Assembly (NCBI GenBank): GCA_028023455.1
Contig: JAQFVV010000004.1
Location: forward strand, 4,898,001 to 4,962,000
Source: Epiperipatus broadwayi
Lineage: Eukaryota; Animalia; Onychophora
Reading direction: 5' to 3'
Length of the DNA: 64,000 bases
This document shows positions 26,718 through 41,123 of this stretch, piece by piece. Numbering within the stretch: the first letter of the stretch is position 1; every line of letters begins with the position of its first letter. The position numbers were made by a program, and so were the translations under genes. The notes below the pieces were generated by a model. The model ran no database searches. It was not told the origin of the DNA and worked only from the letters and a program-made list of their open reading frames with translations.

Positions 26718-27461
26718 CCCTTTTCCCGCCTCCTACGAGGCTCCTCGTAGACATCTGACATCACTCTAACTCTGCCAGTTCTTATGCTAAAAAATTCGTT
26801 TGATAGGTTTTGAATAGGTTTTTAAAAGTTCTGTAAGATGGTGCCCTCTTCTGATTTATTTTACAAGTAAAAAATAAAAAAAATGCATTTAAACCTAAAC
26901 AAAGAAAGAACATTACTTGTGATTGGTTCTTAGCATGCTCTCAGCCGAAAAAGACATTCTGATTGGCTGGAAAGAACAAAGAAACCGCCTGATCAAAGAA
27001 AATAAAGAAAAACGCAGAGATTTTCATTTCGAATGCAATTTTAAGTATTAAAAAAATATAATTTCAGAAATTAAACTAGTTTTTTAAAAAAAAACTAAAA
27101 AAACAAAATTATTTTCAAAAAATATTGAAGATTTTAGTAAAAATATTAAAGAAATATTTAAAAGAAATATTTACTTTTCTATAATGTAAAAGTCGACCTT
27201 TTTGTTTATATTATAGCTTTTATGTTGCCGAAATTGAATATTTTAGAATAAATAAATAGCAATTTATTTTTGAAAGAACTTTCGTTCTCTTCATAACCTG
27301 AAAAATTAGTAATATACTTTTTATAAACGTATCTGAGTTGAATTTAATATTATAGGCGAATATGTTTTAACAATAGGCTTTGTCTTCAGTTTGTGAGTTG
27401 GCCAATTAAAAGATTTGATTTTTACCTCATACAACCAATAATATAATTAGTGGTTAAAAGG
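26718..27461. mobile_element. piggyBac-type MITE inserted in the left arm of the palindrome
   Basis: TTAA at 26714-26717 and 27462-27465; termini ccctttt / aaaagg; the right arm (~30432) shows the empty site with a single TTAA. Confidence 0.8.
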
Positions 27462-27879
27462 TTAAATATAATTATAGCAAGTTATTCATTATTTATTAAT
27501 TTATAATTATATAGAGTTTAAAATAATCATTGATTACAGTTACAAGAAAAAATATTGGTAATACAGCATCTATTGATCCATACTGTCCAATGGGGCTGTT
27601 GCTAGTGAAAAATGAATAGATATAATGTTACTGGGCTGTTTTTAAAATTTTGTTGATTTATATTTTGAATTTTTGGATTTACTTGATTTTTATTTTTTTG
27701 TTGTTGTTGTTTTTTGTAACTGGTTTGATGTATATTTCTTAAAAATAACAAAAAATTGGGGGGAAGGGGAGGGTTTGGCCTTTTTAAAATATTCTGTCTT
27801 TTTACTTTTTTTTAATTAAAACAAACATTTCTTTTTGTCCGGTCTTTATTTATTTATTTTTTTTAAGAAACTTTTTTTT

Positions 27880-28480
27880 TCTTTTTGGTTTTCCAAGTCT
27901 TTTTGATTGTTTTTGAAGAAACTTATTTTGTTTGTTATCGAGAAACAAGGCTTTCTCGACAGATCTTTCTAAGACCTGTCATCATATTCCTTATGGCGTT
28001 TTGACACCTTTCCAACTCAGCTGTAATACGCTTCATTGTAAGCTGATCCCAGCTTCAAGAATAAATTAGCCATACCACTTGCAATTCCCAGGCATCCCTC
28101 AAAGCCTGTTTTCCATGAGAGAATGGAACACCTTGGTCGACATTGATGTGCTTGACATTCCATTTCAGATGTTTGACAATGCCTTAATTTCATTCAACCA
28201 CCACAAAGACAGTTTTTCTGGGTGGGTCAAATATTTTTTCTTTTTTTTTTGGGTTGAAGGAAGGCCAGAACATCTGACTCTGTAGCAGATCCATCTCAAA
28301 ACTACAACGCTGAACAGTTATCTACCATTGAACTGTTTTGATCTCGAAAAAGTCTCGGAAAGTGCGCGACTTGATCGTGAACTTTGCTGAATCGTGATTT
28401 ATACTCCTCATTTAGTGAATTCTGACTCCTGACAATGAAAGTAAGGGCGTTTGAGAATTCATTACAATTTTTACGAACTC
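27880..28480 (-). pseudogene. Decayed ~200-codon reading frame of unknown family
   Basis: GC-richer than flanks; NALTFIVRSQNSLNEEYKSRF...FDPPRKTVFVVVE...KHINVDQGVPFSHGKQALRDAW...ELERCQNAIRNMMTGLRK; several stops, each one C->T change from CGA/CAA/CAG, and one frameshift in an A-run. Confidence 0.45.
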
Positions 28481-31400
28481 ACATCAATTACAATACATTG
28501 AAGCAAAAAAAAAAATATATTCTAATATAGTTTTCATCATTACAAATGCAGAAACCTTCATATCATACACTGTACAATAGTCAAGAATAATGTCTATAGA
28601 GAGTGTTGCTGACTCATCACTAATAATGTTCAATATACTAAAGATGTTGGGGTAAGGTGCACTTCAACATCTTAGTGTTTGAACAGTTTACAGGCCATAA
28701 GATCTATGAGCAGCCTTGTAAACAGCATATTTATGTGCTTTAGTGTGGAAACAGTGCCCTCCAATGGTGTGGATCAATAGATGCTGTATTACCAAAATAT
28801 TATATTTATTGGCAGAAACGTTACAAGATTTTATTTTAACAAGAATTTAAATAAATAAGAATATTAAAATAGAGTTTTAAAAATATATTTGTAGAAATTT
28901 TATCAACTTTTTGTTCGAAGTTCATTTCACCACCATTTACACAATGATGAGTTGATCGATGTCCTTGTTTATAATTCTTCTTTAATTAAAATTATAAAAT
29001 TTACCTTTCTATTCTTAAATTTCTTAAGTTAGCACTTTTATCAAAGGTGATTGATCTCCATGTGAATAATAGCAGATTAAAAAAATACTTTAACAGAAGA
29101 CATAGACAAAACACTAGCAAAATTATTTAAAGAAGTTGCTGCTTGAAATATAGCATACATAATATCACAATGCAGTTTCAAATAACAAAAAATTATTCAG
29201 CATTTTGACAAAGAAAAAATATTTTCTTTAAAATTTACTTTAATACCATATTCTGTGCCCATTGGTAATTATATATAAAATGCATATTTCACTATGTTTT
29301 ACTTAAACAAAGTTGCAAATTGAAATGTGACATAATAGCTCTTTCTTACATTAAAAAATATAGGTGCAAACAATATCCTTCCACAAAAATATAACACCAC
29401 CAATGCAATTCAAAATATGAAATGATTTTTCTTTAATTAGAATTATCAAATAATAAATTATTCTTCAGAATTTTGAAAAGAGAAATGATTTTCTTTATAA
29501 TATACTTTTAAAATATATTTGTTTAATGTAAGAAAGAACTATTACATCACATTTCAATTCATATTTCATTTCATTTTATTTAAACAAAGTTGCAAATTGA
29601 AATGTGATGTAATAGTTCTTTCTTACATTAAACAAATATATTTTAAAAGTATATTTTAAAGAAAATCATTTCTCTTTTCAAAATTCTGAAGAATAATTTA
29701 TTATTTGATAATTCTAATTAAAGAAAAATCATTTCGTATTTTGAATTGCATTGGTGGTGTTATATTTTTGTGGAAGGATATTGTTTACACCTATATTTTT
29801 TAATGTAAGAAAGAGCTATTATGTCACATTTCAATTTGCAACTTTGTTTAAGTAAAACATAATGAAATATGCATTTTATATATAATTACCAGTGGGCACA
29901 GAATATGGTATTAAAGTAAATTTTAAAGAAAATATTTTTTCTTTGTCAAAATGCTGAATAATTTTTTGTTATTTGAAACTGCATTGGGATATTATGTATG
30001 CTATATTTCAAGCAGCAACTTCTTTAAATAATTTTGCTAGTGTTTTGTCTATGTCTTCTGTTAAAGTATTTTTTTAATCTGCTATTATTCACACGGAGAT
30101 CAATCACCTTTGATAAAAGTGCTAACTTAAGAAATTTAAGAATAGAAAGGTAAATTTTATAATTTTAATTAAAGAAGAATTGTAAACAAAGACATCGATC
30201 AACTCATCATTGTGTAAATGGCGGTCAAACTTTGAACAAAAAGTTGGTAAAATTTCTACAAATATATTTTTAAAACTCTATTTTAATATTCTTATTTGTT
30301 TAAATTCTTGTTAAAATAAAATCTTGTAATGTTCTTGCCAATAAATATAACATTTTTTCCTGTAATCAATGATTATTTTAAACTCTATATAATTATTAAT
30401 TAATAAATAATGAATAACTTGCTATAATTATATTTAATTACTTACTATTTATTACTCTGTATTTAAGTGTGGTGACTTATTATTTGCAAATAGCCTTTTT
30501 ATTTTTAAATATTAAATGTATATTTTTGAAAAGTTACTCAGTAATTCTTTATGCGGGAGGGGGAGAGAGTTTATCTCTTAGTAATACACCAAATTCTGTA
30601 TTTGCATTTTAATTACTTTTGATCATATTCTTGGTGCTATTTGAGAAATAGATTCTTTCATGTAATATTCATTGCTTTTAATTATTTTTAATCAAATTTT
30701 TTTTATTTGTATTTTAGAAGTATTTTTTTGATTTAATTTGTGCATTTCAGTTATTTTTGGATAAAAATTCTTTATGGGGGGGGGTATGTTTGATGAGATG
30801 CCATAATTTCAAACCAGTAATATTCTTTTTAGTTTATATAACCTTTGCTTTTAAATCTGATTGTTTGCAAATATTGACAGCTACTTAATTTGCCCATTCA
30901 TATTTGGAAATGTTGAAAGGTAAATAATTAGATGATTTGGGATTTTCTGCTTTTTGTCCACCATGTTTGTTTTTGTATTAATCACGGACTTATTTATTTT
31001 TTTAATTTGAATTATTATAGGATTTGATACTATTTTCTTTTTTTATAATTTGTACTTTCCATGTATTTCTTGGATATATATATCCTCAGGCATTTTTATT
31101 TTTCGATTTAAGTGAAGAATTTTTGATTATAGGGGGGTAGCTCTTTCTTGTATTTTCATGTTTTTTTTATTTTTTTTTATTTGAATTTCATAGCATTTTG
31201 CTGTTTTCTTTTTATTTGTCAATTTTGAGCCACTTTCATCACTTTTTTTTTTGCATTTGAATTTCATAGCATTTTGAAGTTGTTGTTTTTTTATTTGTCA
31301 ATTTTGAGCCACTTTTGTAAATAAATTTATCACTTGCATGTTTCAGGCCAGTTGTTTATGGTGTCACAGTGCCATCTGATGGTGGCAGTACGGTCCCTCC

Positions 31401-33084
31401 TCAACTACCATTTCAACTAAATGATTGAAATAATTTATCATATAATTACAAATAAAATGTTATCACCATGAGTAACAGTAGAGATTTGATTGCAGTATGA
31501 ATTAATTGTGTTATAAAGCTGCATGGTTACTCTAATAGTTTGTTGTGTGTGTATGTGTACTTACTAGATAATATATGTGGACCTTAAGTATTCTTGTTTA
31601 AAAACTAAATAAAAAGATATCTATAGAGTTAATCATATTAAAAATTTAATAAATGAAAAAGTACTATGTAAAAATGTCAACAATAAAATAATAACTCATA
31701 TAATGTAAGGGAAGAGAGAAAAATTCATTTTAGTGCACACAAATGAATTTTATTTGTGTAGTTTAAGAATATGTATACTATTTTGTGACCCTTTTATATT
31801 TGCTATTAGATGATGGTTTAAAGAAATAATGTGCCTTTTTAAATAGAAAATTTAATGGCAAATCTAAATATATTATTAAAAATTATAAGGCAGTAAAATT
31901 AAAAAAGAGAAGAATTTTCAAAAGTTAGTCATGATTTTTATTCTCATCATTAATCATAAATTTTAAAAAAAAACTTATTTTTTAGCATTTATAAAATAAT
32001 TTAAGAAATGAAAATATTAAAAAATGGATTTTGAAAAAAATATATTTTAAATCAACTCATTAAATCTGGATAAGGATGTTTTTCGATGAACATCTGCTAA
32101 CTTGATTGGATGCTATCAATTAAAAAACATGTTGTGAGGTATAAATAGGTCTGGCAAGAAAAATGACTATAATTTAAGTCTTGGTTCAGGAAGAAAGCAG
32201 TGCAGATTGATTCTGTGAATATCAGAATAACCCCTGGTTAAAACAATTTTCCACAGAATAGTTTTGGATAGCTGTATCTTGCTGAGTGTTCTAAAGTATT
32301 TTTCAATACTCCATCCTCCATAACAAATATGATGACATTAGCTAACTAAAGATAATAACACAACTGGCTGAAAAAATTGAACCACACTAATCAAAATACC
32401 TGAACTATACAATTGGATCCCGACAAATGCTGAAATTTGCTAAAATATGACAGTACTTGGTTTAAAGAAGAAAACTGTGCCATAAGGAAAGAAGTGAACT
32501 TTGTCATAATATCTCTCATATATTTGCCAACACCAATGCCCTAAGAGGATAATAACAAGAAAGACGGGATTGATAGAGACAATCAATAAAGATGTGCACA
32601 TATATGGTAAACATATGATATCTGCAGAAAAGCATGGTTTAAAACATTAAAAACTTAAGATATTTGATAATATCTTATCTTCATATTAATCCATGAGGCT
32701 TTAAGTTTACAATAAGTATTTTTCCCCCATTATTTTGTATTGGATTTATCTTTATTTGGTGGCTCAGTAGCAAAAATATAAGATATAATTTCATATTATA
32801 TTTAATTGGCAGCTTGTTTTTTTCATTACCAATTTACTTTGTTTTTGCTTTTTGAACTCATTTCAAACATATACACTCTATTAACCATGAGAAATCATGC
32901 AATCCACTGTGAAACAAGTAGGGATTATGATAGCAATTTAAATCGATAATATTGGTCATAAGTTGTCCAGAAGTAAACTTTTTTATTTAGAAAATTTTGC
33001 ACCTTAACATTCATTTTAAATTGAATCTAAAAAAAGAAATTAAAAATACTTGTAGAATAATTATATTTAATATAATTAGAAAGA

Positions 33085-34475
33085 ATATGAACTCAGACAT
33101 TCAAGCTCCCTGCAATTACCAATCCATCTTACACAACCAAAACACATGACCACATACATGTGAAAAAGATAAATGATCAATATACAATTTCATGCTGAAC
33201 CAGCACTCATCAGTTGATCCAGATTATTATCTCCCACACATATATATAATCAATGTTCAGCCTATATTAAGATAGAAAATCTTTATACTTTAATGAATAG
33301 GCTTCAATTTTCTCTACTCCCAACTCCTCAGCCATCCATATCATTGAAAATCTTATGATGGAATGTTCAAAGCACTTGTCAATGTCAATATCATTGTCAT
33401 ACAAGTCACTCTGACCCCTCACATATAAGACTTTAATATATCCATTTAAATACACAGAAAAGGGATGGGCAGAATACAGACTAAATGTGTAATATTTAAA
33501 TACAAGTATATTATTTATACTGAACTTGATGTAATTAGAAGGAATTTGAACTCAGGCTTTCAAGCTCCCTACAGCTATCCACTTCATCTTACACAACCAA
33601 TGCACATGACTACATATATGTAAAAAAAAAAAAGATCTCCAATATACATATTTCATGCTGAAACAGCACTCATTGGTCCAGATCATTATCTCCCACACAT
33701 ATATATAATCAATGTTCAGCCTACATTAAGATAGCAAATCTTCAAACTTGTTTCAATGGGTGTTGGTTGTATAAAATAGAGTGGATTGTTGTAGGGAGCT
33801 TGAAAGTCTGAGTTCAAATTCCTTCTAATTACATTAAGTTCAGTATAGATAATATACTTGTATTTAGTAATAATCAGAAAATAATGAATTCTTCATAACA
33901 GCTATATAAATCTCAGCAATAATATTACACATAAAAAGCCTTTTTTTTTCTGATTATTATTTTACAGAAGACAGCATAAAGATTTGTATTCTTTTACAAT
34001 TTTGATGATACTTGTATTTAAATATTACATATTCAGCCTGTTTTCTATTCACCCTTCTTCTGTGTATTTAAATGGGGCATATTATGGTCATATATGTGAG
34101 GGGTCAGAGTGTCTTAAAATCAACATGGTTATGACAATAATATTGGCATCAACAAGGGCTTTGAGAATTCCATCATCAAATTTTCACTGATATAAATGGC
34201 TGAAAGTTGGAGAATGCAGAAGAGTGAAGCTTGTCCATTAAAGTTTGAAGATTTGCTATCTTACTATAAACTGAGCACTGATTGTATATATGAGTGCTAG
34301 TTCAGCACAAAACACATATATTGGAGATCATTTCTCTTTTTCACATGTATATGGTCATATGTATCAGTTGTAAAAGATGGAATGAATAGCTGTAGGAAGG
34401 TTAAAAGTCTGAGTTCAAATCCCTTCTAATTACATTAAGTTCAGTATAGATAAACACCTGTATTTAAATATAACA
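33085..34475. repeat. Cluster of the ~460-bp family: tandem minus copies followed by inverted plus copies
   Basis: Units at ~33085-33500 (-), ~33500-33750 (-), ~33760-33870 (+), ~34010-34475 (+), sharing gaaagtctgagttcaaat and cacacatatatataatcaatgttcagcct motifs. Confidence 0.8.
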
Positions 34476-37400
34476 ATTATACTTAGTTTAACTTTCAGTG
34501 CTAGATTATAAGGTTATTTGATCATCATCATAGTAGTGATTACATTAAATATATATGAGTGTGTGAATATGTTAATCGTTTTTAATTGTTTATATTTTTA
34601 ATTATATATTTACCTTATTTAATTCATTCTTTAATAAATTGTTTATAGTTAAAAATATATAATTTGTAATTTAATAACAGGTTATTAATAATTATTTATA
34701 TATTATTCAAAAATGCTAAAATAAATTAAATGATAGCGTGTTTAGGGAAAATGGCTACTTTATGATATATATAGGACTGCTTAATAGAAATAAAAAATAG
34801 ATACAAATATAAGTAGCATAAATAAAATTGTTTAAAAAATAATTAATAAATTGATTTAATTAGTCTTAGTCAAATAATTTTATGAATAGACTTAAATAAC
34901 AGTTATTACACAGTACATAAATGTATGAATGTGGATATAAGATTGAAACTTTATAAACATATACGTAGGCAGTAAAATTTGAACCATTTTTAAATTTATA
35001 TATAATACTCAAAATCTTATTTTAATTTAAATTATTTTTAATAACATAACTTTTAAAAAAAAAAAAGATTTTTTTTAAGTTAAATAAAATTACTTCAAAA
35101 TTTTGTTTCATTTAGTGTCTATTCATTCGGAATCATTAATTTTATTTTAAATGAAAAGTATTTGTGGAATATTTTTAACAGTAACGTTTTAATAAACATC
35201 AAAATAAAAGTAACGTTTTAAAGAAATCTTTTGTTTAAAGACAAAACAATTTTTGTTATAAGTTGGTAACAAAGATGTTTATTTTTTCAAGGTAAATTTA
35301 TAAGCTTCTTATGTTAAAGTTTAAAATAATAAAAATGTTGATTTTTTTTTTATTTTCTTCTGTTATATGTCTTAATAATTTAGAAAGTTTTTTCAGATGT
35401 TTTATTGGATTAATTAATTAGCCTAAGTGGAAAATGAAAATAGACAGAAAAATCCTAAGTTCAAATCTTTCTATTTAATTAGATTAATTAATGTATATAT
35501 CTGATAAAAACTATTTAAAAAAATAAATCTTTTGTTTAGTAGTGAGCATACATGAGCATGAGTGTATAAGTATAAATCATTTAAGTATGAAGAAAATATA
35601 ATGAAGGGCTACTTCCATATACGTGCTTTAATCAAAAAATGAAATACCAAATATCTAAGACGTAAGGCTGATCAAAAAATTTTGTTTGTTTAAAACAGAT
35701 ACCACAACTGAATAGGTAATCCTGTTGATCTATATCTGACAAGCTGGAACCCACTCTGATAAGTGATCTACATTATATCCTTAACTTCACTAGTATATAA
35801 GGATTTGATTTAAAAAAAGGTTGGCTTTGAACCCATTCCAATACATCTAAGTTTTGAATAAATTTTGTAATGTCCAAAGCATTGTGTAGAAAAAGAAGAG
35901 ATAGTTAGCACCAGATTGTTATGATATTGACAATATATGCAATTAAAACTACATAAATCTAAAATATTTTAAATAATTTTTAACTTAATTTACACCATTC
36001 ATAGTAATTTTTATGAACTTTCAAGTAGCAATATTTGATTAAAATATCAAACAAATTTTATGGGACACACACTTCTATCAAAGAAAGAATCTTTTACTAC
36101 CAAGAGCAGTTCAAATTTAACTTATTTAAAATCCAACTCCCACTCTTGTTTGAAAGACTTTGGTAATAATTTTTTGTCATATTTTCTCTTTTCATATTGG
36201 ATGATAATATTGTCTTTCATAAGAATTATTGAATGAAATATTTATTATTTGAATTCCATTTTTAAAATAAAAACAAATTTTAATTGAGACATAGTAAAAG
36301 AATATCTTAAAATTCAAAATTAAACTGATTATTTTTAAAATTTCACGAAAAAAGTTTTTTACTGGTGTTTATGAAAGCAATTTTTTTAGCCAGTAAAAAT
36401 AGCTTCCACTTTACCATAACTATATATTACAGTTGTCTTCTTAAAACAAATATTTTTAAATACAATCTAATTGTAATCACATAAGCTTTTAGTTTAAAAT
36501 AAATATTTTATAAATGTATTGCATAAATAAGCTTAAATAAGTAAATAAAGACTGAAAATTATAATTTTTTTGTACTACTGAAATCTTAGAAGTCTGGGGT
36601 CAAATAATCTGTCAATTAGTGACTGTCACTTTCTTTACATTATGATACAATTAATAAGGTATTGTAGGTTTGTTTTGCGATTCTAATTTGTGATATTTGT
36701 AATGTATGATAGTCTGTATGATATTGACATGTTGTGATTTATTTTAGAAATTATTTCTGTACAAAAAATGTGTATGTTAAACTGATATTAAAGATAACTG
36801 CAAAGTAGTGAAGAAAGCTGAAGTTAAACTCAATAGCAATGCCATTATGTTACTCCAAAATGTCAAAATTTATGACATAAATGCAGACATTTCTCAAACA
36901 AGTTAAAGCAACTTTTACAATCAAGACAAATTAAAATTCATTATTTATTTCTAGTTAAATTTATTGTAAACACTTTTTATTTTGGAGTAGTTTCTTTTAA
37001 ATAATATATTGCTCTCTCAAGCACATCACTTAAAACTTACTATCTGATATCAACACATTTAAAATTCCATCCGCCAACACCACTATAATAAACAAACAAT
37101 AGAATCACTCTGAAATATTTTATCATTATTTTGCTCTGTCATTAATTTTTAACATTTTGAATTTATGACGAGTGCTGGTTCAGCACGAAATGCATCTTGG
37201 GGTCATTTGCCTTTTATTGTATCTTTATTTATATGAATTTAAAAGAATATATGGCAATATTGAGCTTATTTAATATATTTATAATTTTTAATATATGTAA
37301 AAAATGTGAAGTAAATCTATTTGATAGAAATATTTTGAAACTCAATTTCTAAGGTAAAATAAAAATATCTAAAAACCAAGAAAAAAAAATCAACTTAGGC

Positions 37401-38029
37401 ATCTGAATTTAAATCTCTTAGCAAAAACTTAATAGTGATTACCAGAAATATGAAAATTAGTTTAATGTTTAAACTAATATGTCTTTAAAGTTTATCAACC
37501 AATAATAAGAATATTTCAACTGAGAAGTCCATTGCAAAAATAAACTGTTATTTTTTTCTTAATTTATTTAATGTATGTTCTCTTGAAAAGTTATCTTGAA
37601 TATTAAAATATAATTTTAAAACATTACTAATAAAAATAGTCTTGTACAAGATTGCCCCATGTAACCTAATAATTATTTTCAGTTATATTATATGTAAGGC
37701 AAAAGGAATATGCTGTTAACTCAAATAAGACCCTTTGATTTCTCTTGGAGTCTTAAAGGAACTGAGCAATGCAAATTTCTAATATCCACTCCATATATTC
37801 TTGCCATTGCAGCTGTTATTATTATGTGATTATTCATATAGTATAGGAACATTAATGGGCTGTTCACAGACACACACTAGTCAATGTGGTGAGTTTATTG
37901 GCTTTTTACCTCTGAGTTTAAGATGAAGAAACACCATAATCTTTCTAGTCAGTTGCCTGATAAAGCAGAATGTGTATGTGAATCAAAAAAAAATTTTAAT
38001 AGATATTTATAATCAAGACAGACAAAAAT

Positions 38030-40796
38030 AAATCATGACCCATTTTCCCAGGAAGCTATAAAATCATTAGCCAAAGTGATGGTTGAAGATAAGGGTGCTA
38101 AAAATCCCCTGGCTGCAAACCCAGGCTGCCATTTGATAATGACCTTTTATTTAGGTACTTACAACTGCAGATCACCTTCAAGTGAAAGAACATTGCAAGA
38201 ATTGAAAGGATTGTCTCATATTAAATGGAACATTATTGAACTTTATGAAGTTAGAAGAAAAGGTAAAGAGACAATTGATTTAAAAAATGAATGTGTACTC
38301 TACTAGAAAGCACAAATATTGGAAGTACAAAATGCATAGAATTTGTTATAAATAAAAAGTGGAAAAACAATTTTGTGGACATTGATGGTATATCAGACAG
38401 AGTGGCAAGTTTAGTTATTCAACTTAATAGCAGATACCAAATGCAGATAATTCAGATTTATGCCCAACATGTTTTCATATGGCAAGAAATAGTAGAGGAT
38501 TTTAAACAGGCTTTTCTTCAGACCAAACAACATTTTAAAATTGTTATAGGAGATTTTAATGTTAGAATTGGTAAACACTTGAAAGATGAAAGTGTTGTAG
38601 GTAAATTTGGTTAGGGTAATAGAAATGAGAGAGGTCATAGACTTGTGGAGTTTGCAGAAAAAGAAAAACTTTATTTTTTTTAGAAAAATATTAAAAGGAA
38701 ATGAACATGGAAGCATCCAAATGAAGGTACAGCAGAATTGGATTATATTTTGACTAACAGAAACTATATATTTCAAGATTGTAATGTTCTTAATAAATTC
38801 AACACAGAAAATAATCATTGATTAGTAAGATGTAAGATATGTGTTAATGTAAAATTAGAGAGGCAAAAATTATTAAGAAAAACAATACATACAGTTAATA
38901 TTCATAGTCTTCAGCATCATTCTAATGAATTTAAATTAGAATTTGCAAATTGGTTTTAAATATTAGTAGAATGGCAACAGCAAATGACTAATAACATTTT
39001 TACTGAGACTTGAGAATTTATGAAGAAAAGATGAATATAAAAATATATAAAAAGGATGCTTTAAGAATGATTGAATATCTCAAATTTTGTAAAATGATGT
39101 GAAAAAGAGTTGATAATGATATAAGAAAATATAATTGTGAACTAGCAAGGAAAGCTCTAGAGGAGGATATTGATCATCTTATCTCCCGTTGCTTAAAACT
39201 CAGAGACATGGAGATGATATTGAGATCTAGTATTAGGTCAGGATGCTCTCAGACACTGGACATCAGTAGGGCACTGAGAATTGGAGAATTTTCTATAATC
39301 CGAATGGCAATCATGATTCTCTTTGCAAAGTGGCTGACCAGGTGTCACAGTGTTTTTTGAGACAACTTGGCAAACCCATGGCAAGTCTTTAAAAAACACT
39401 TTTGCAGTCTGAAAACCAGAGACTATCTTATAACATCCCACAGACGGTATGCAGACATGTGGGAACAGATTACTCTGGATGAGCCGACAATCAAATCTCT
39501 TAAACTGACATCTAAATTATAAAATGATTTGTCAACTGAAACTAGAAGAGACAAGAAAGAAGAAGGTATGAAAATGGAAAAAGAGATGATAGGAAGAATG
39601 AGTAAAAGGGGAAAGAACAAAGATAATACAAAACAGATAAAACCTACCACCAAATGAAAAATGGCTGCTTGATTTGATGTGGTGTAACCAAAGACCAAGA
39701 TGTAACATAAAACTACACAAGATAAAAGAGAGATGTAAATTCAAGTTGAATTCAATCAATGTAAACAAAGACTAAAACAAATGTAAATGAATAGAGCTAT
39801 AATCTAATGTAATCTGTAGAATCTGTATTCCTATAAATATTTCCTTAATAAAAAAAAAGAGAGAGAGAGAGAGAATAAAAGTCTCAAAAGTGTAAAAAAC
39901 AACATTTTGGTATTCGTAGGAAACTTATATCTTCAATAAATAAAAAAAAAGATGGAACTATTACTAAAAAGAGAGATGACATCATAAAATGGGTAGAAGA
40001 GTTCTATCAAGAATTATATAATAATAAAAACAAGTGCCTCCAATTATATCACTCAATTGCCCAGGATTTTAAATGAAGAAGTGAGACACAATTTAATTTA
40101 GGAAGAAAGAAAAAGCTCCAGATAATGATGAAATTATAATTGATATCTTAAAAGAGGCAGGTAAAGAAATGGAAAAATTTTTGGCAAGATTATATACCAA
40201 ATGTTTAAATGATAAAAATATACCAGATGATTGGAAGAATGTAATATTAATATTTTAAAAAGGTGATAAAGAAGATATTAGTAGATACAGAACTATCAGC
40301 AATTTATCAGTTATATAAAAAACTTTTACCAAGATACTTACATCTTGTCTACAGAAAACCTTGGATTTCCACCAACCAAAAGAACAAGATGGATTTAAAA
40401 GTGGGTTTAGTACAATGTAGCATATCAAAGAATTGAGAGAAGTTATAGAAAGGATCAATGAATATGAGTTGCCATAATCCTTTGGATTTGTAGATTACGA
40501 AAAGGCACTTGATTCTATAAGCATTTCTTCAGTGATTAAAGCATTAGATCATCAAGGTATAGACCCAGGATATTGTCATATTCTGAAGAATATTTATAAA
40601 AATGCAACAGCAAACAATTAGATTACATAATGATACTAGAAAGGTTAACATTGAGAAGAGTCTAAGACAGGGTGACTCCATATTTCCAAAACTTTTTCCA
40701 GCAGTTCTGCAAGAAATATTTTGTGGATTAAAATAGGAAGCTAACAAAATAAAAGTAAATGGATATTATTTCAGTTATTTAGATTTTGCAGATTCC
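38030..40796 (+). mobile_element. RTE LINE copy 2 (APE endonuclease + RT), decayed, interrupted at ~39163-39870
   Basis: YLGTYNCRS...LYEVRRKG, HFKIVIGDFNVRIG; RT region closely similar to 13780-14640; ends near the LDFAD motif. Confidence 0.9.
39163..39858 (+). mobile_element. 5'-truncated L1/Tx1-type LINE 3' end (ORF2 C-terminus, 3' UTR, poly(A)) inserted in RTE
   Basis: EDIDHLISRC...KWLTRCHSVF...stop 39520-39522; AATAAA plus A-run at 39847-39858 then (GA)n; RTE sequence resumes at gagaataaaagtctc as in copy 1. Confidence 0.7.
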
Positions 40797-40854
40797 AGAA
40801 AATTGCAGTATTTATTATGAAATATCATTTTTATCCATTACAGCAAAAGTAATA

Positions 40855-41123
40855 TAGATGGACATATAGATAGGCAGATAGATGGACAGATAGATAGGTA
40901 GGAAGATAGGCACATAGGAGAGTATATAGATAGGTAGGTGGGTAGATAGGTAGGTGGGTAAGTAGATAGTTGTGTAAGTAGATAGGTGGGTAGGTAGTTA
41001 TGTGGTTAAGTAGATAGGTGGATAGGTAGGTAGGGAGTAGGTAAGTAGAGGATTCGTAGGTAGGTAAGGGCTAGGTGGGTAGGTAGGTAGATGGATAGGT
41101 AGGTAGGTATGTAGGTAGATAGG
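40855..41123. repeat. Degenerate (TAGG/GATA)n microsatellite
   Basis: Directly visible. Confidence 0.95.

Larger units (their letters stand above)
25739..31403. repeat. 5.7-kb branched palindrome / Foldback-like element
   Basis: Outer arms 25739-27539 / 30360-31403 with modular internal repeats; enclose a 26-bp perfect inverted pair (27555-27580 / 28770-28795) and a 1.55-kb palindrome (28800-29559 / 29595-30350). No TSD found. Confidence 0.9.

Noticed and set aside
28079-28285. Plus-strand ORF with REWNTL resembling a LINE C-terminus
   Set aside because: It is the in-register antisense of the longer minus-strand frame; similarity too short to call.
32100-32600. GC-richer patch with faint RT-like translation
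   Set aside because: No motif strong enough to assign.
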